64,000 bases of DNA. Source: an uncultured Hyperthermus sp. (GTDB lineage: Archaea > Thermoproteota > Thermoprotei_A > Sulfolobales > Pyrodictiaceae). Position 1 is the first letter of the stretch; each line of letters starts with the position of its first letter. The translations under genes and the position numbers were made by a program. The stretch lies in the NCBI GenBank assembly GCA_964498685.1, contig CAZCGO010000004.1:8496-72495 (forward strand), given 5' to 3'. The notes beneath the pieces were generated by a model, which was given only the letters and a program-made list of their open reading frames with translations, made no database searches and was not told the DNA's origin. Positions 1 through 8,840 of this stretch are shown in pieces.

Positions 1-2052
1 ACTGGTCCCTTTTTGCACTGTTAGTGTCAAGTTAATGTTGAGGGTGTCGTTGTAGATACGTATCTTCAGCGGAGCCTGGGGGGCGCCGCCGGTATACGTG
101 TCGACGAGCCGTAGCTCCACATTGAGGATTCTAAGATCCACCTTAAAGGCTGTGGCTGCTAGCAGCGTGGAGCCTGTTATGTTGCTTCTCTCTACGGGTA
201 CGTGTATGCGGTCCAGCGGCGTTATTGTGATGTTGTAGGTGAGGACCGGTATAACCCCTATCTCGGCGATGCCGTTACTGCCGGTTCGTGTCTCGTTTAG
301 CACAAGTATCCTGGAGCCGTTTATATCAATGAAAGCCTTGTACGATATGTTGAACCTCTTGAGGGGGCGCCCTATTTCATCTACAACACGTATCTTTGCT
401 TCTGTTAGGCGGTAGGGTGCGAGGCTCTGGAGGTATCCTTGGTGAACTGATGACGCGATAGCTGCTACTGCTGCTATACCACGGTTGGAGGTCGCTAATA
501 TTAAGTCTCCTTTCCGGAAGACGAACGAGGATGCATGGTACCCTGTCTTTATGTAGGGCAGGCCTTCTCGATATGTATAGACGTGTACATTGCCGACTAC
601 AGGGTTTATGTAGACTATTGCCAGGTTGCCGTTAGCGGACCCTACGGCTATAGAGTAGTAGTTAGAGTTAGGTGAGCCGGTTCTCCCTATGCTGGCTGCT
701 GTTGGCTTCGAGTCTATACTTGTACTCCATAGGAGCTGGTAGGCGCCGTTGGAGCGGCTTGCTACCAGTACCTCCCCGTTGCTAAGCGTGATTAGGATGA
801 GTTTCCCGTCGGCGGATACCTCTGCGAGCACGGGCTCGGCTCCTATGTAGTATGTGCGTATGTTCTCCGGTATGGGGTTCAGGGTTGCCTCGTTCACGGG
901 TATTATTTGGAGTGTGAGTCCCTGTTTTGTTGGAACCGAGGCTACTATGTATAGCGTATTGTTCTGCTCGAATACTAGCAGTATGTTGAGACTAGTTGTC
1001 GTTATGTTCAGGTTTATCGGCGTAAACGTAGGCGTGAGGGGGTTTCTGCCCGGCTCTACTAGGAAAAGGCGGTAGGGCTTCTGCTCGGAGGGGCAGAGCG
1101 TCGGCAGTGTGTTGTTACGTATAACCAGCGGGTTGCGGAGGATGAAGTAGTCGGTTCTCACCTTTATGACGTCGTTGGGAGTTATTGTGAAGCTGTAGCA
1201 GCCTCTCTTGGCCTGCACGTAGAGGACTAGTTGTTTAAAGCCGGCAGGTGCGGGGGCGGTGAAGCTGCCCGTAGCTGTGGTAGTCGCTGCACCCACCAGT
1301 GCGCCCAGTGTTAAGTCGACCACGTACACAGTGGCGTTCTGGAGCGGCCTGAGTGTAGCGTTGGCGCCGCTTGTAAACACCATGCCTGCTAGTGTCGCGC
1401 CCCCTGTAACGTTTACAGCTTTACTCTCGGCTATCATAACTGCCTTCCTGCCTACGTCGATGCCGCTTGGTGTTAGCGTGTGGACAGGTACAAGGCTGAG
1501 GGGGTTTATGTTCTCTCGACGTGTGGGCAGGAGGTCGCCTACTCGCAGCCTAGCCTCGTACCAGCCCAGCTTTGAGGGGCTGAAGGCATAGAGCGTGTTA
1601 CCTTTAGCCTCCTTGCTCAAGACGAGGAACGTTGTGTTTACGAACGCTGAGGCAACTGGTGTACCCGAGATAGCGTACTCGTGCACTGAGCCGTCTGTCA
1701 GCTTAAGTAGCTCTACCTGTGATGTGGGCAGGACGACGCCAATGTAGTGGGGGCTAATGTAAGAGTCTATGGCTGCTGTTTGGGGTCTCGCAGCGTACTG
1801 GGCGAGGGGGCGGGCACTGATTCTCGGAAGGGGGGCTGGGCTGGTGAGGTTAAGGGCCAGTAGCCGTGCCCTACCCCCGTCCACCGTCACAGCGTAGATG
1901 GCTTTACTAGTGTTCCAGAGGAATGCGACGCTGCTATTTGTCAAGTACTCTGCCGTGAAGGGTGGCTGCTCTGCGCGCGCTGCTGCGGCAGTCAGTGCTG
2001 AGGCTAGGAGCACCGCTAGGGCTAGAAGCGTTGTGAGGCTTCTCCGGTTCAT
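1..2052 (-). CDS. large secreted / cell-surface protein, partial (C-terminus lies beyond window start)
   Basis: The minus-strand frame is open from ATG (2050-2052) to position 1. No complete minus ORF is listed here, which fits one edge-truncated ORF. My translation starts MNRRSLTTLLALAVLLASALTAAAARAEQPP, a Sec-type signal peptide with an AxA site. The body is rich in N-x-S/T sequons and short beta-strand-like repeats. No family recognised. Confidence 0.7.
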   Translation of the reverse strand, partial: MNRRSLTTLLALAVLLASALTAAAARAEQPPFTAEYLTNSSVAFLWNTSKAIYAVTVDGGRARLLALNLTSPAPLPRISARPLAQYAARPQTAAIDSYISPHYIGVVLPTSQVELLKLTDGSVHEYAISGTPVASAFVNTTFLVLSKEAKGNTLYAFSPSKLGWYEARLRVGDLLPTRRENINPLSLVPVHTLTPSGIDVGRKAVMIAESKAVNVTGGATLAGMVFTSGANATLRPLQNATVYVVDLTLGALVGAATTTATGSFTAPAPAGFKQLVLYVQAKRGCYSFTITPNDVIKVRTDYFILRNPLVIRNNTLPTLCPSEQKPYRLFLVEPGRNPLTPTFTPINLNITTTSLNILLVFEQNNTLYIVASVPTKQGLTLQIIPVNEATLNPIPENIRTYYIGAEPVLAEVSADGKLILITLSNGEVLVASRSNGAYQLLWSTSIDSKPTAASIGRTGSPNSNYYSIAVGSANGNLAIVYINPVVGNVHVYTYREGLPYIKTGYHASSFVFRKGDLILATSNRGIAAVAAIASSVHQGYLQSLAPYRLTEAKIRVVDEIGRPLKRFNISYKAFIDINGSRILVLNETRTGSNGIAEIGVIPVLTYNITITPLDRIHVPVERSNITGSTLLAATAFKVDLRILNVELRLVDTYTGGAPQAPLKIRIYNDTLNINLTLTVQKGTS

Positions 2053-2105
2053 GCCGGACACCTTTGTCGCGGTCTCTCCCCGGCTGGCCGAAGCGTCAGC
2101 CTTGC

Positions 2106-2195
2106 TTTATATAAGTGGGTCTCTCCGTTACTCTGGGTATTAAAGCCGTGGATGCTGCGGGCGCTTATCTCCATATATAAGGAGAGGGTATATTT
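2106..2195. promoter_or_regulatory. divergent promoter region with TATA-like boxes (tttatataa 2106-2114, atatataa 2173-2180, gtatattt 2188-2195)
   Basis: These are the only strongly A/T-rich elements in the 195-nt gap between the divergent start codons at 2052 (-) and 2248 (+). Inferred from position and composition only. Confidence 0.35.
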
Positions 2196-2247
2196 GCTAC
2201 ATTGAGGCGGCTTAGCAGCGTAGGGTTATAGGGCCGGTGCGAGGGCT

Positions 2248-3945
2248 ATGCCCGCAATTCGTCTCAGGTTGAAGCTCCGTAGGGGTAAGGGTAGCGGAGA
2301 GGCTGAGGCGGAGGAGGTACAGGCGACGGACAGCGGCGAGGAGAAGGCTGCAGCGAAGACTGCCGAGCCGGTAGGCACGGTGCCCGGCTTCACCGCGGTG
2401 AGCGCAGCCAAGCTCCTCAACACCAGAGACTACGACGAGGTAGAGAGCTACCCGCTAGAGGAGCCCTGGGTCTACGCGCGTATACTGCGCCATAAGCGTA
2501 CCAGCGAGTACGTCTACTATGTCTATGAGATCCCGCTTACACCTAAGGAGAGGCAGCTCTATACGCAGATAATGGATGCCCTCTACTGGGAGATACAGCC
2601 GCCACCGGGCGACGTGGACACTATAACCTACTTCTATCGCGAAGCGAGACGCATTGTGCGCACCTTCCAGATACGCCTAGGCCGTACGCCGGGCATCTCG
2701 TGGAGGAAGATACTGTACTATGTGACGCGTGACGCAGTGGGCTTCGGCCCAATAGACCCCTTGATGAAGGACCCGGAGATCGAGGACATATCGTGCAACG
2801 GCGTCAGGCGTCCCGTCTACGTCTGGCACCGCAGATACGAGTACATAAAGACCAACATAGTGTTCGACCGGGAGGAGGACCTAGACAACCTTGTTGTTAA
2901 GCTTGCACACATGGGTGGCAAGCACATCTCGGTTGCGTTCCCAGTGGTTGACGCGATACTGCCAGGCGGCCACCGCTTGGCCGCCACTTACCGTAAGGAG
3001 GTTACGACTAGCGGCAGCACGTTCACAATACGTAAGTTCCGCGAGGACCCGCTCACAATAGTAGACATGGTTATGGGTAACACGTTGAGCCCGGAGGTCG
3101 CCGCGTACTACTGGGTCCTAATGGAGCACAAGAGGCCTGGCATGGTTATGGGTGTCACCGGGTCCGGTAAGACCACGACAATGAACGCCCTGTTGACGCT
3201 GCTTAAGCCCTCTGTCAAGGTGGTTTCGATAGAGGATACGCCGGAGCTGAAGCTCCCTCTCGAGAACTGGGTCCAGCTCATACCGCGTATGAGCTACGGC
3301 TTCGGCTCCGAGGGGCGCAACGAGATAACACTTTACGATCTGATAAGGATAAGCCTGCGATACCGTCCCGACATAATAGTGGTCGGCGAGGTCCGTGGCG
3401 AGGAGGCATATGTACTGTTCCAAGCAATAGCGACCGGCCATGGTGGCATGACGACGCTGCACGCTGAGAACATTGACGCGGCGGCTAAGAGGCTGACCAG
3501 CCCACCTATGAACATACCGCGGGGCTACATACCTTTGATGAACTTCGCGCTGCTCATACGTCGAGTCGAGATAGTGGACAGGGAGACCAAGCGCTCGAGA
3601 ATAGCGCGCCGCATAACCTATACGTGGGAGATAAGAGACTTCGGCGAGTACGTCCCGGTTCACAAGTGGAACGCCTATACTGATGAGCATGAAACCTTCT
3701 TCGATAAGAGCTTCCTCCTGCGCCATATAATGGATCTTGTCGGCTGGTCTGAGGAGGAGATGCAGCGTGAGATAAGCCGCCGCTCGACGGTCATACGCTG
3801 GCTTGCTGCTAAGAAGATGAGAGGCTACCATGACGTGGCGAGGGTTGTCCGCGAGTACTATCAGAACCCGGAGAGGGTCTACAACCGCGCAGTAGGGGAG
3901 CTAAGCGAAGTAGGTGGGGCGAGCGAAGGGGTTTCCATCATCTAG
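2248..3945 (+). CDS. type II/IV secretion-superfamily ATPase (FlaI/ArlI / pilus-assembly ATPase family)
   Basis: 565 aa. Walker A GVTGSGKTTTMNALL, Walker B/Asp box DIIVVGEVRGEEA, His box ATGHGGMTTLHA. Charged low-complexity N-terminal ~55 aa. Confidence 0.9.
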   Translation: MPAIRLRLKLRRGKGSGEAEAEEVQATDSGEEKAAAKTAEPVGTVPGFTAVSAAKLLNTRDYDEVESYPLEEPWVYARILRHKRTSEYVYYVYEIPLTPKERQLYTQIMDALYWEIQPPPGDVDTITYFYREARRIVRTFQIRLGRTPGISWRKILYYVTRDAVGFGPIDPLMKDPEIEDISCNGVRRPVYVWHRRYEYIKTNIVFDREEDLDNLVVKLAHMGGKHISVAFPVVDAILPGGHRLAATYRKEVTTSGSTFTIRKFREDPLTIVDMVMGNTLSPEVAAYYWVLMEHKRPGMVMGVTGSGKTTTMNALLTLLKPSVKVVSIEDTPELKLPLENWVQLIPRMSYGFGSEGRNEITLYDLIRISLRYRPDIIVVGEVRGEEAYVLFQAIATGHGGMTTLHAENIDAAAKRLTSPPMNIPRGYIPLMNFALLIRRVEIVDRETKRSRIARRITYTWEIRDFGEYVPVHKWNAYTDEHETFFDKSFLLRHIMDLVGWSEEEMQREISRRSTVIRWLAAKKMRGYHDVARVVREYYQNPERVYNRAVGELSEVGGASEGVSII

Positions 3946-5821
3946 CTCCTCAGGAAGCCGCGGCTTCTCGGGAACGGAGGTGGCTGTGTTGGCGAGTGCA
4001 CGCGGCGAAGCTCTCCGGCAGGGGACCAGCGTAATAGACGCTATGGCGCTCGCGGTCTTCGGCTCGATAGCGGAGAAGCTGTCGGCGTCCTTTAAGCTGC
4101 ACGAGTCGCTGCGCCGCGCGGGGCTCAACATACACCCCCGCCTCTACATGGCGAGGGTCCTCTTCTACGTCTTCATGTCGGTGCTCGTGCTAGCCAGCAT
4201 AGACTTCTTCGTCTTCATATTTGTAGGCAATCTTATTGTGAAAATAGTCTTACTATTGGCAACCCTAATGACGCCCCCTATAATACTCGCATGGGGCCTC
4301 TACTATCCTGAGGCTAAGGCGTCTGAAAGAGCAATGAAGACGGATCTGGAGTTCCCGTTCTTCGCCGCGTACATGACGGCCATGGCTTATGGCGGTGTGA
4401 GCCCGGAGAAGCTCATAGAGAGGCTCACCCAGATAAGGGTCTTCAAGGCTCTGCGGGAGGAAGCGCTGCGTGTGCTCCGCGACGTCAAGATTTTCGGCCA
4501 GAATATTCTCTCCGCACTTGAGAGAAACGCGCTCTGGCACCCATCGAGGCTGTACCGGGACTACATGCTGGGCTACTTGACAACCATACGGACGGGTGGC
4601 GACGTTATACATTACCTGGAGATAAGGACACAGGAGGTATTCCAGTCTAGGATGGAGGACTTGAAGAACCGCGCAGAGAGGGTTGGTTTCATAGTAGAGG
4701 CCTATGCAGCTGTAGCGGTGCTGGGCACACTGTCACTCTACATATTCTTCATCATCAGCGGCCTCATCTCGAGCGGCGGCGGAATGGGAGGCACCATGGG
4801 TATAATACTGTACAGCTTCGTCCTGCTTCCAATGCTAGTAATGGTAATCATAATGATGCTCAACAGCCTGCTCCCAAGCCAGGAGAACATAATGGAGCCC
4901 TACGCGTACCTCTTTATAAGCGGCCCCGCAGCGCTACTAGTAGCGCTGGCCGGGATAGCGCTCAGCGGCGGCCTCACGCCACGAGTAACGGGCAACGGCA
5001 TAGACACGGGGCATATACGCAGCATCATCATGGTGCTAGGGCTCTCCTTTATAGTTCTAAGCCTTGGGCCAACCATGGTCTACATGAAGAAGGTGAGGAG
5101 GGAGCGGGCGGTCTCAAGGAGCCTCGCCAACTTCTTCCGAGACCTCTCAGAGGTTAGGAGGACAGGCCTGAGCCCCGAGAAGAGCATAATAATGCTCTCT
5201 GAGCGCGACTACGGCCCCTTGTCGCCCATAATCAAGAGAATAGCCGGCGCCCTCTCTATAGGCCTTCACGTGGAGAAGGCCGTGAGGCAGGCGATACGGG
5301 GCTACCACAACTGGGTGCTCCGCGTCACAATGAGATTCCTCGTAGACGCCATGGAGGTTGGCGGCGGCAACCCTCATACACTTGACTCCCTGGCACGCTA
5401 CATCTCGTCGCTCGTCGAGATAAACGACCAGCTCAGGAAGCGCCTACGAGCCTACATAATAATGCCATACTTCGGCGCGATAATGGTTGCTGTTACGAGC
5501 ATCCTGACCCTGACGATGCTTGTCAGCGCCGTCGCCCAGGCCGGCCTTGTCGGGGGAGGCGGCGGCCTAGGCGCAGCCGGCGCCGTGGGTGGCCTGAAGG
5601 TGAATATATCGCCGCAGAACATAGCTAACCTCCTGCTTATCGCGTCGGCGGCCTCGGTGTTCAACGCGTGGCTTAGCGGCCTGGTTGCTGGTAAGATACA
5701 GGATCAGAGCCTCGCCGCGGGCTTCCTGCATGCAGCGATACTTACCGGCATAACAGTGGCCGTGCTTGTGATGCTGCTCAGCGGCACCGGCGGCCTCCTG
5801 GCGGCAAAGACAGCCCACTAG
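3914..5821 (+). CDS. FlaJ/ArlJ/TadC-like polytopic membrane platform protein
   Basis: 635 aa with many hydrophobic helices in two blocks separated by soluble segments. GTG start overlaps the ATPase gene by 32 nt, as in ATPase-platform pairs of archaeal type IV filament loci. The start could be further downstream. Confidence 0.8.
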   Translation: MGRAKGFPSSSSSGSRGFSGTEVAVLASARGEALRQGTSVIDAMALAVFGSIAEKLSASFKLHESLRRAGLNIHPRLYMARVLFYVFMSVLVLASIDFFVFIFVGNLIVKIVLLLATLMTPPIILAWGLYYPEAKASERAMKTDLEFPFFAAYMTAMAYGGVSPEKLIERLTQIRVFKALREEALRVLRDVKIFGQNILSALERNALWHPSRLYRDYMLGYLTTIRTGGDVIHYLEIRTQEVFQSRMEDLKNRAERVGFIVEAYAAVAVLGTLSLYIFFIISGLISSGGGMGGTMGIILYSFVLLPMLVMVIIMMLNSLLPSQENIMEPYAYLFISGPAALLVALAGIALSGGLTPRVTGNGIDTGHIRSIIMVLGLSFIVLSLGPTMVYMKKVRRERAVSRSLANFFRDLSEVRRTGLSPEKSIIMLSERDYGPLSPIIKRIAGALSIGLHVEKAVRQAIRGYHNWVLRVTMRFLVDAMEVGGGNPHTLDSLARYISSLVEINDQLRKRLRAYIIMPYFGAIMVAVTSILTLTMLVSAVAQAGLVGGGGGLGAAGAVGGLKVNISPQNIANLLLIASAASVFNAWLSGLVAGKIQDQSLAAGFLHAAILTGITVAVLVMLLSGTGGLLAAKTAH

Positions 5822-6663
5822 CCTGAGTGTTGTTGCTCTTTGTCTCCGCTGCGGGGCGCGAAGTAGTCGAGGAGGCTCCGCGTCTTCTCGTCGCTCTTTA
5901 TTTCGCCTCTCTCGATGGCTTTCTGGTATATCCTGGCCACGTCTACCTGCCGGTACTCTAGGCCTAGCGATTCTAGCAGCTTCTTGGCTTCCCTGGATAT
6001 GCTGGGGGCTACCAGTATCCCCCTTACCGGTGCCGCCGGGTTCTCCTCCCGCAGCTTCTCCACGTAGCGGTGTAGCTGTCTAACAGCCTCCCGTGTCGCG
6101 GTCACCCGTTTCACCTCGATAACCACGTAGCGGCCCTCACGGTCTCTGGCCACGATGTCCGCGTAGCCGGTGCCTATGGGTCGCTCTTTTCTTATAACGT
6201 GGAGCCCCTCCTCTATCTCATCGGGGTTTGCCGCGAGGTAGTCGCGCAGCTCGGCCTCGTCAAGGTACTCTATGAACTCCGCGTTGTCACGCAGGCCCTC
6301 GACAACCAGCACAGCGTAGACATCGTGGAACAGTATTTCGAGCACCTCCCTGGGCCTGCCTCTAACGCTTCGTAGTATCAGCGTGTCCCCCTGCTGCTCC
6401 GCCGTTAGTGCCTGGCTGTCCGGCTGCCAGTTGACGGGGGAGTAGCCGGAGGGCCGGTGGACGAGAACAGCGCCATCCGGCTTCACCACTACCATGCGGT
6501 CTCCCGGCCCTATCCTGCTCGCCCCTCTGCCACGGTAGTTTACGCTGCAGTTACCGAAGACCACTATGTAGCTGTGCCTGCTTATAGCGTCCGTTAGTAT
6601 TGTCGCCGCGCGGCGTATATCCATGTTCGACGCGAAAACTATGCCTGGACGCGTCGCCGCCAT
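5818..6663 (-). CDS. nucS: endonuclease NucS / EndoMS
   Basis: Shows a RecB-like nuclease core: GYADIVARDREGRYVVIEVKR...REAVRQLHRY, with N-terminal domain FGNCSVNYRGRGAS. Trimmed from the longest ORF (to 7011) to ATG 6661-6663 (MAATRPGIVF...). The upstream extension is low-complexity and overlaps priL. Confidence 0.85.
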   Translation of the reverse strand: MAATRPGIVFASNMDIRRAATILTDAISRHSYIVVFGNCSVNYRGRGASRIGPGDRMVVVKPDGAVLVHRPSGYSPVNWQPDSQALTAEQQGDTLILRSVRGRPREVLEILFHDVYAVLVVEGLRDNAEFIEYLDEAELRDYLAANPDEIEEGLHVIRKERPIGTGYADIVARDREGRYVVIEVKRVTATREAVRQLHRYVEKLREENPAAPVRGILVAPSISREAKKLLESLGLEYRQVDVARIYQKAIERGEIKSDEKTRSLLDYFAPRSGDKEQQHSG

Positions 6664-6848
6664 GCCGTCTTCTCCGGTCTCAGCCTCGTAGCGCCTTACC
6701 GGTAGGGGTTTAGGCTCGGGTAGCACCGAGGCCCATAGCTTATAGCCGGCAGAGAAGGCAGGCAGCCTAAATGTTACGGCTGCGGCCCTCCTGCCCTCCC
6801 GCGCTAGCAGCGGACGAAGGGAGGGTAGTGGCGGAAAAGGGTGCCTCC

Positions 6849-8012
6849 ATGTTGCTTGCCGGCTATCTAGCCGAGGTGGATGCACGGCTTTTCCCATACT
6901 TCGTTGACCCTGACCGTGTAGCGCGTAGCCGTTACGGCGTCCCCGCGCTCGAGGTGCTTTCGAGGAACAAGGGGCTGCAGGAACAGGGGTTTGAGCGTCT
7001 CCGTCTCGCATTGCGCCGTGCGCGTGTCCCTAAGCCCCGTGAACGGGTGGAGGAGGAAGTACTGGGGTTCTACGCCGCCGCCCTGCTGGCCTACCACAGC
7101 GGTAACCGCTGGGCTGTCTCCCGTCTCGCCCTGGCCGAGGCTGAGAGGTCCTATGCTGCCCTGCTCGCTCTCCCCGACGAGGCCTTGGCGGCTGTGGCGC
7201 GGCTGGCCGGCATTGGTAGCATGTATTTCTCGCCGAGAGCCTATAGCGAGCCTATAGCGGTCAGTGGGTTGACTCCCCTGTACCGTGTCTACGGTTTCGT
7301 TGTCCGGTTTACGGATTACGTAACCTATGCGCGCCGCCTGCTTGGCGACGACAATTGGAAGCCGGTAAACCTGCCAGTCCGTGGGGGCCGCGTCTATCTC
7401 GACAAGCAGAGGGCCGCCCGTCTAGCTAAAGAGGCTATAGACGTCTACGTTGAGAGGAGGATAATCCAGCTGGGCTCGTCGCTCAGCGAGCTTCCGGCGC
7501 CTCTCGCAGAGCTGCTCGACAAAGTGCGCGAGGCGGCCGCGGAGGCGACACGGGCCCGTAGACATGTAGCCGGGTTGCCGCGTCTCCCTAAAGGCCTGGT
7601 AGTGGAGGAGGCCTTCCCGCCTTGTATTAGGGATATATATGAGCGTGCTCGCCGTGGCGAGCACCTGAGCCACCACGAGCGCTTCGCTATAGCAACCTTC
7701 CTCTTAAACATAGGCGCCGACGTTGACACTGTGGTCGATGTCTTCAGAAACATGCCGGACTTTAAAGAAAGAATAACGAGGTACCAGGTCGAACACCTAG
7801 CGGGTCTACGCGGCTCCGGGAAGAAATACAGCACCTATAGCTGCGAGAAGATGAAAACACTGGGCCTCTGCAGGGCCGACTGCGGCACGAAGAACCCAGT
7901 ACAGGCATACTATCGGAACCTACGGAGAAGAACGGATGCCCAGGGAGGCGGCAGCCCCGGCACCAAGGCTGCCGCGAAGGAGCAGCAGCCTCCACGCGGG
8001 AAAAGCATGTAA
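6849..8012 (+). CDS. priL: DNA primase large subunit PriL
   Basis: C-terminal Fe-S domain signature FPPCIRDIYERARRGEHLSHHERFAIATFLLNIG...YSCEKMKTLGLCRADCG. Trimmed to ATG 6849 (MLLAGYLAEV...). Confidence 0.85.
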   Translation: MLLAGYLAEVDARLFPYFVDPDRVARSRYGVPALEVLSRNKGLQEQGFERLRLALRRARVPKPRERVEEEVLGFYAAALLAYHSGNRWAVSRLALAEAERSYAALLALPDEALAAVARLAGIGSMYFSPRAYSEPIAVSGLTPLYRVYGFVVRFTDYVTYARRLLGDDNWKPVNLPVRGGRVYLDKQRAARLAKEAIDVYVERRIIQLGSSLSELPAPLAELLDKVREAAAEATRARRHVAGLPRLPKGLVVEEAFPPCIRDIYERARRGEHLSHHERFAIATFLLNIGADVDTVVDVFRNMPDFKERITRYQVEHLAGLRGSGKKYSTYSCEKMKTLGLCRADCGTKNPVQAYYRNLRRRTDAQGGGSPGTKAAAKEQQPPRGKSM

Positions 8013-8096
8013 CCCCGGGCGTGTCCTCCTCCTCTCTCCTCCCTTGGCTCGCCGCTGAGCATCCCCTAGGGGAAGAGGGGCCGGGGGTGCCCAGCG

Positions 8097-8324
8097 GTGC
8101 CAGCCCAGGTAACAATAGATAATGTAGATAAGTCTATTCTCCTGGCCCTTAGCGAGATCGGGAGGCCGGCGAGACCTAGGGAGATAGCGGAACGGGCCGG
8201 TATAGACGCCCGCCGGGTAGCGGCCAAGATGAGGAAGCTGAGAAGGCTCGGCCTTGTGAATCGGGTAGGGGAAGGGGTATACGTGGTGACCGAGGAGGGC
8301 AAGCGGCTGATAGCTATGCATTAG
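8097..8324 (+). CDS. small winged-helix DNA-binding protein (MarR/TrmB-like HTH)
   Basis: 75 aa. ILLALSEIGRPARPREIAERAGIDARRVAAKMRKLRRLGLVNRV is a typical wHTH pattern. Confidence 0.6.
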   Translation: MPAQVTIDNVDKSILLALSEIGRPARPREIAERAGIDARRVAAKMRKLRRLGLVNRVGEGVYVVTEEGKRLIAMH

Positions 8325-8399
8325 CGGCCAGCGCTGCACAGTTGAGGATGCGTAGCGGTTTTTATCGCGGCGTGCGGCCCCCGGCTCTTACTCCCCCGG

Positions 8400-8648
8400 G
8401 TGGCTGCGGTGAGCGAGAAGGCAAGAGAGTTCACTGCGTTTGTCCCCGAGAACATCTACAGGCGAATAGCTAGAGACATACGGCGCGAGAAGTTCGTCAC
8501 ACCATACGCCATTGCTGAAAAGTACAGTATGACTATTAGCCTGGCAAAGCAAGTGCTGAAAAGGCTGGAATCCGAGGGCCTTGTCCAGCTCTATGCTAAG
8601 AATAGGCGGGCACCCCTATACCTGGTGGTCCAGCAGCAGAAGAAGTAA
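8400..8648 (+). CDS. rps25e: 30S ribosomal protein S25e
   Basis: 82 aa. RREKFVTPYAIAEKYSMTISLAKQVLKRLESEGLVQL matches the S25e winged-helix core. Confidence 0.8.
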   Translation: MAAVSEKAREFTAFVPENIYRRIARDIRREKFVTPYAIAEKYSMTISLAKQVLKRLESEGLVQLYAKNRRAPLYLVVQQQKK

Positions 8649-8840
8649 CGCTATGCACCCCTCTTTGCTCTTTGTATAGTCCCTGTCCCTCTAGAGGGGT
8701 CGCTGCCCGGGCCTCGGGACATGCTCCTACCACATGTCTAGGCGTCCCCGCAGGCTAGACATCGTCCTCATTAGGGCCACGGGCCGGTCTCACGCCTAGC
8801 GAGGGTAGCTGAAGCCTTGCCGCTGAAGCGTAAGAGAAGC

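Noticed and set aside
3118-3831. 237-aa antisense ORF inside the secretion ATPase gene, and similar antisense ORFs (36605-37330, 37666-38349, 9833-10336, 13067-13603, 27990-28592)
   Set aside because: Each lies entirely within a well-supported gene on the opposite strand and shows no motifs.
6664-7011. Apparent 240-nt head-to-head overlap of the nucS and priL longest ORFs
   Set aside because: Both N-terminal extensions are low-complexity and lack homology-like features. Internal ATGs at 6663 (nucS) and 6849 (priL) give proteins that start where the conserved domains start, and they leave a normal divergent promoter gap.
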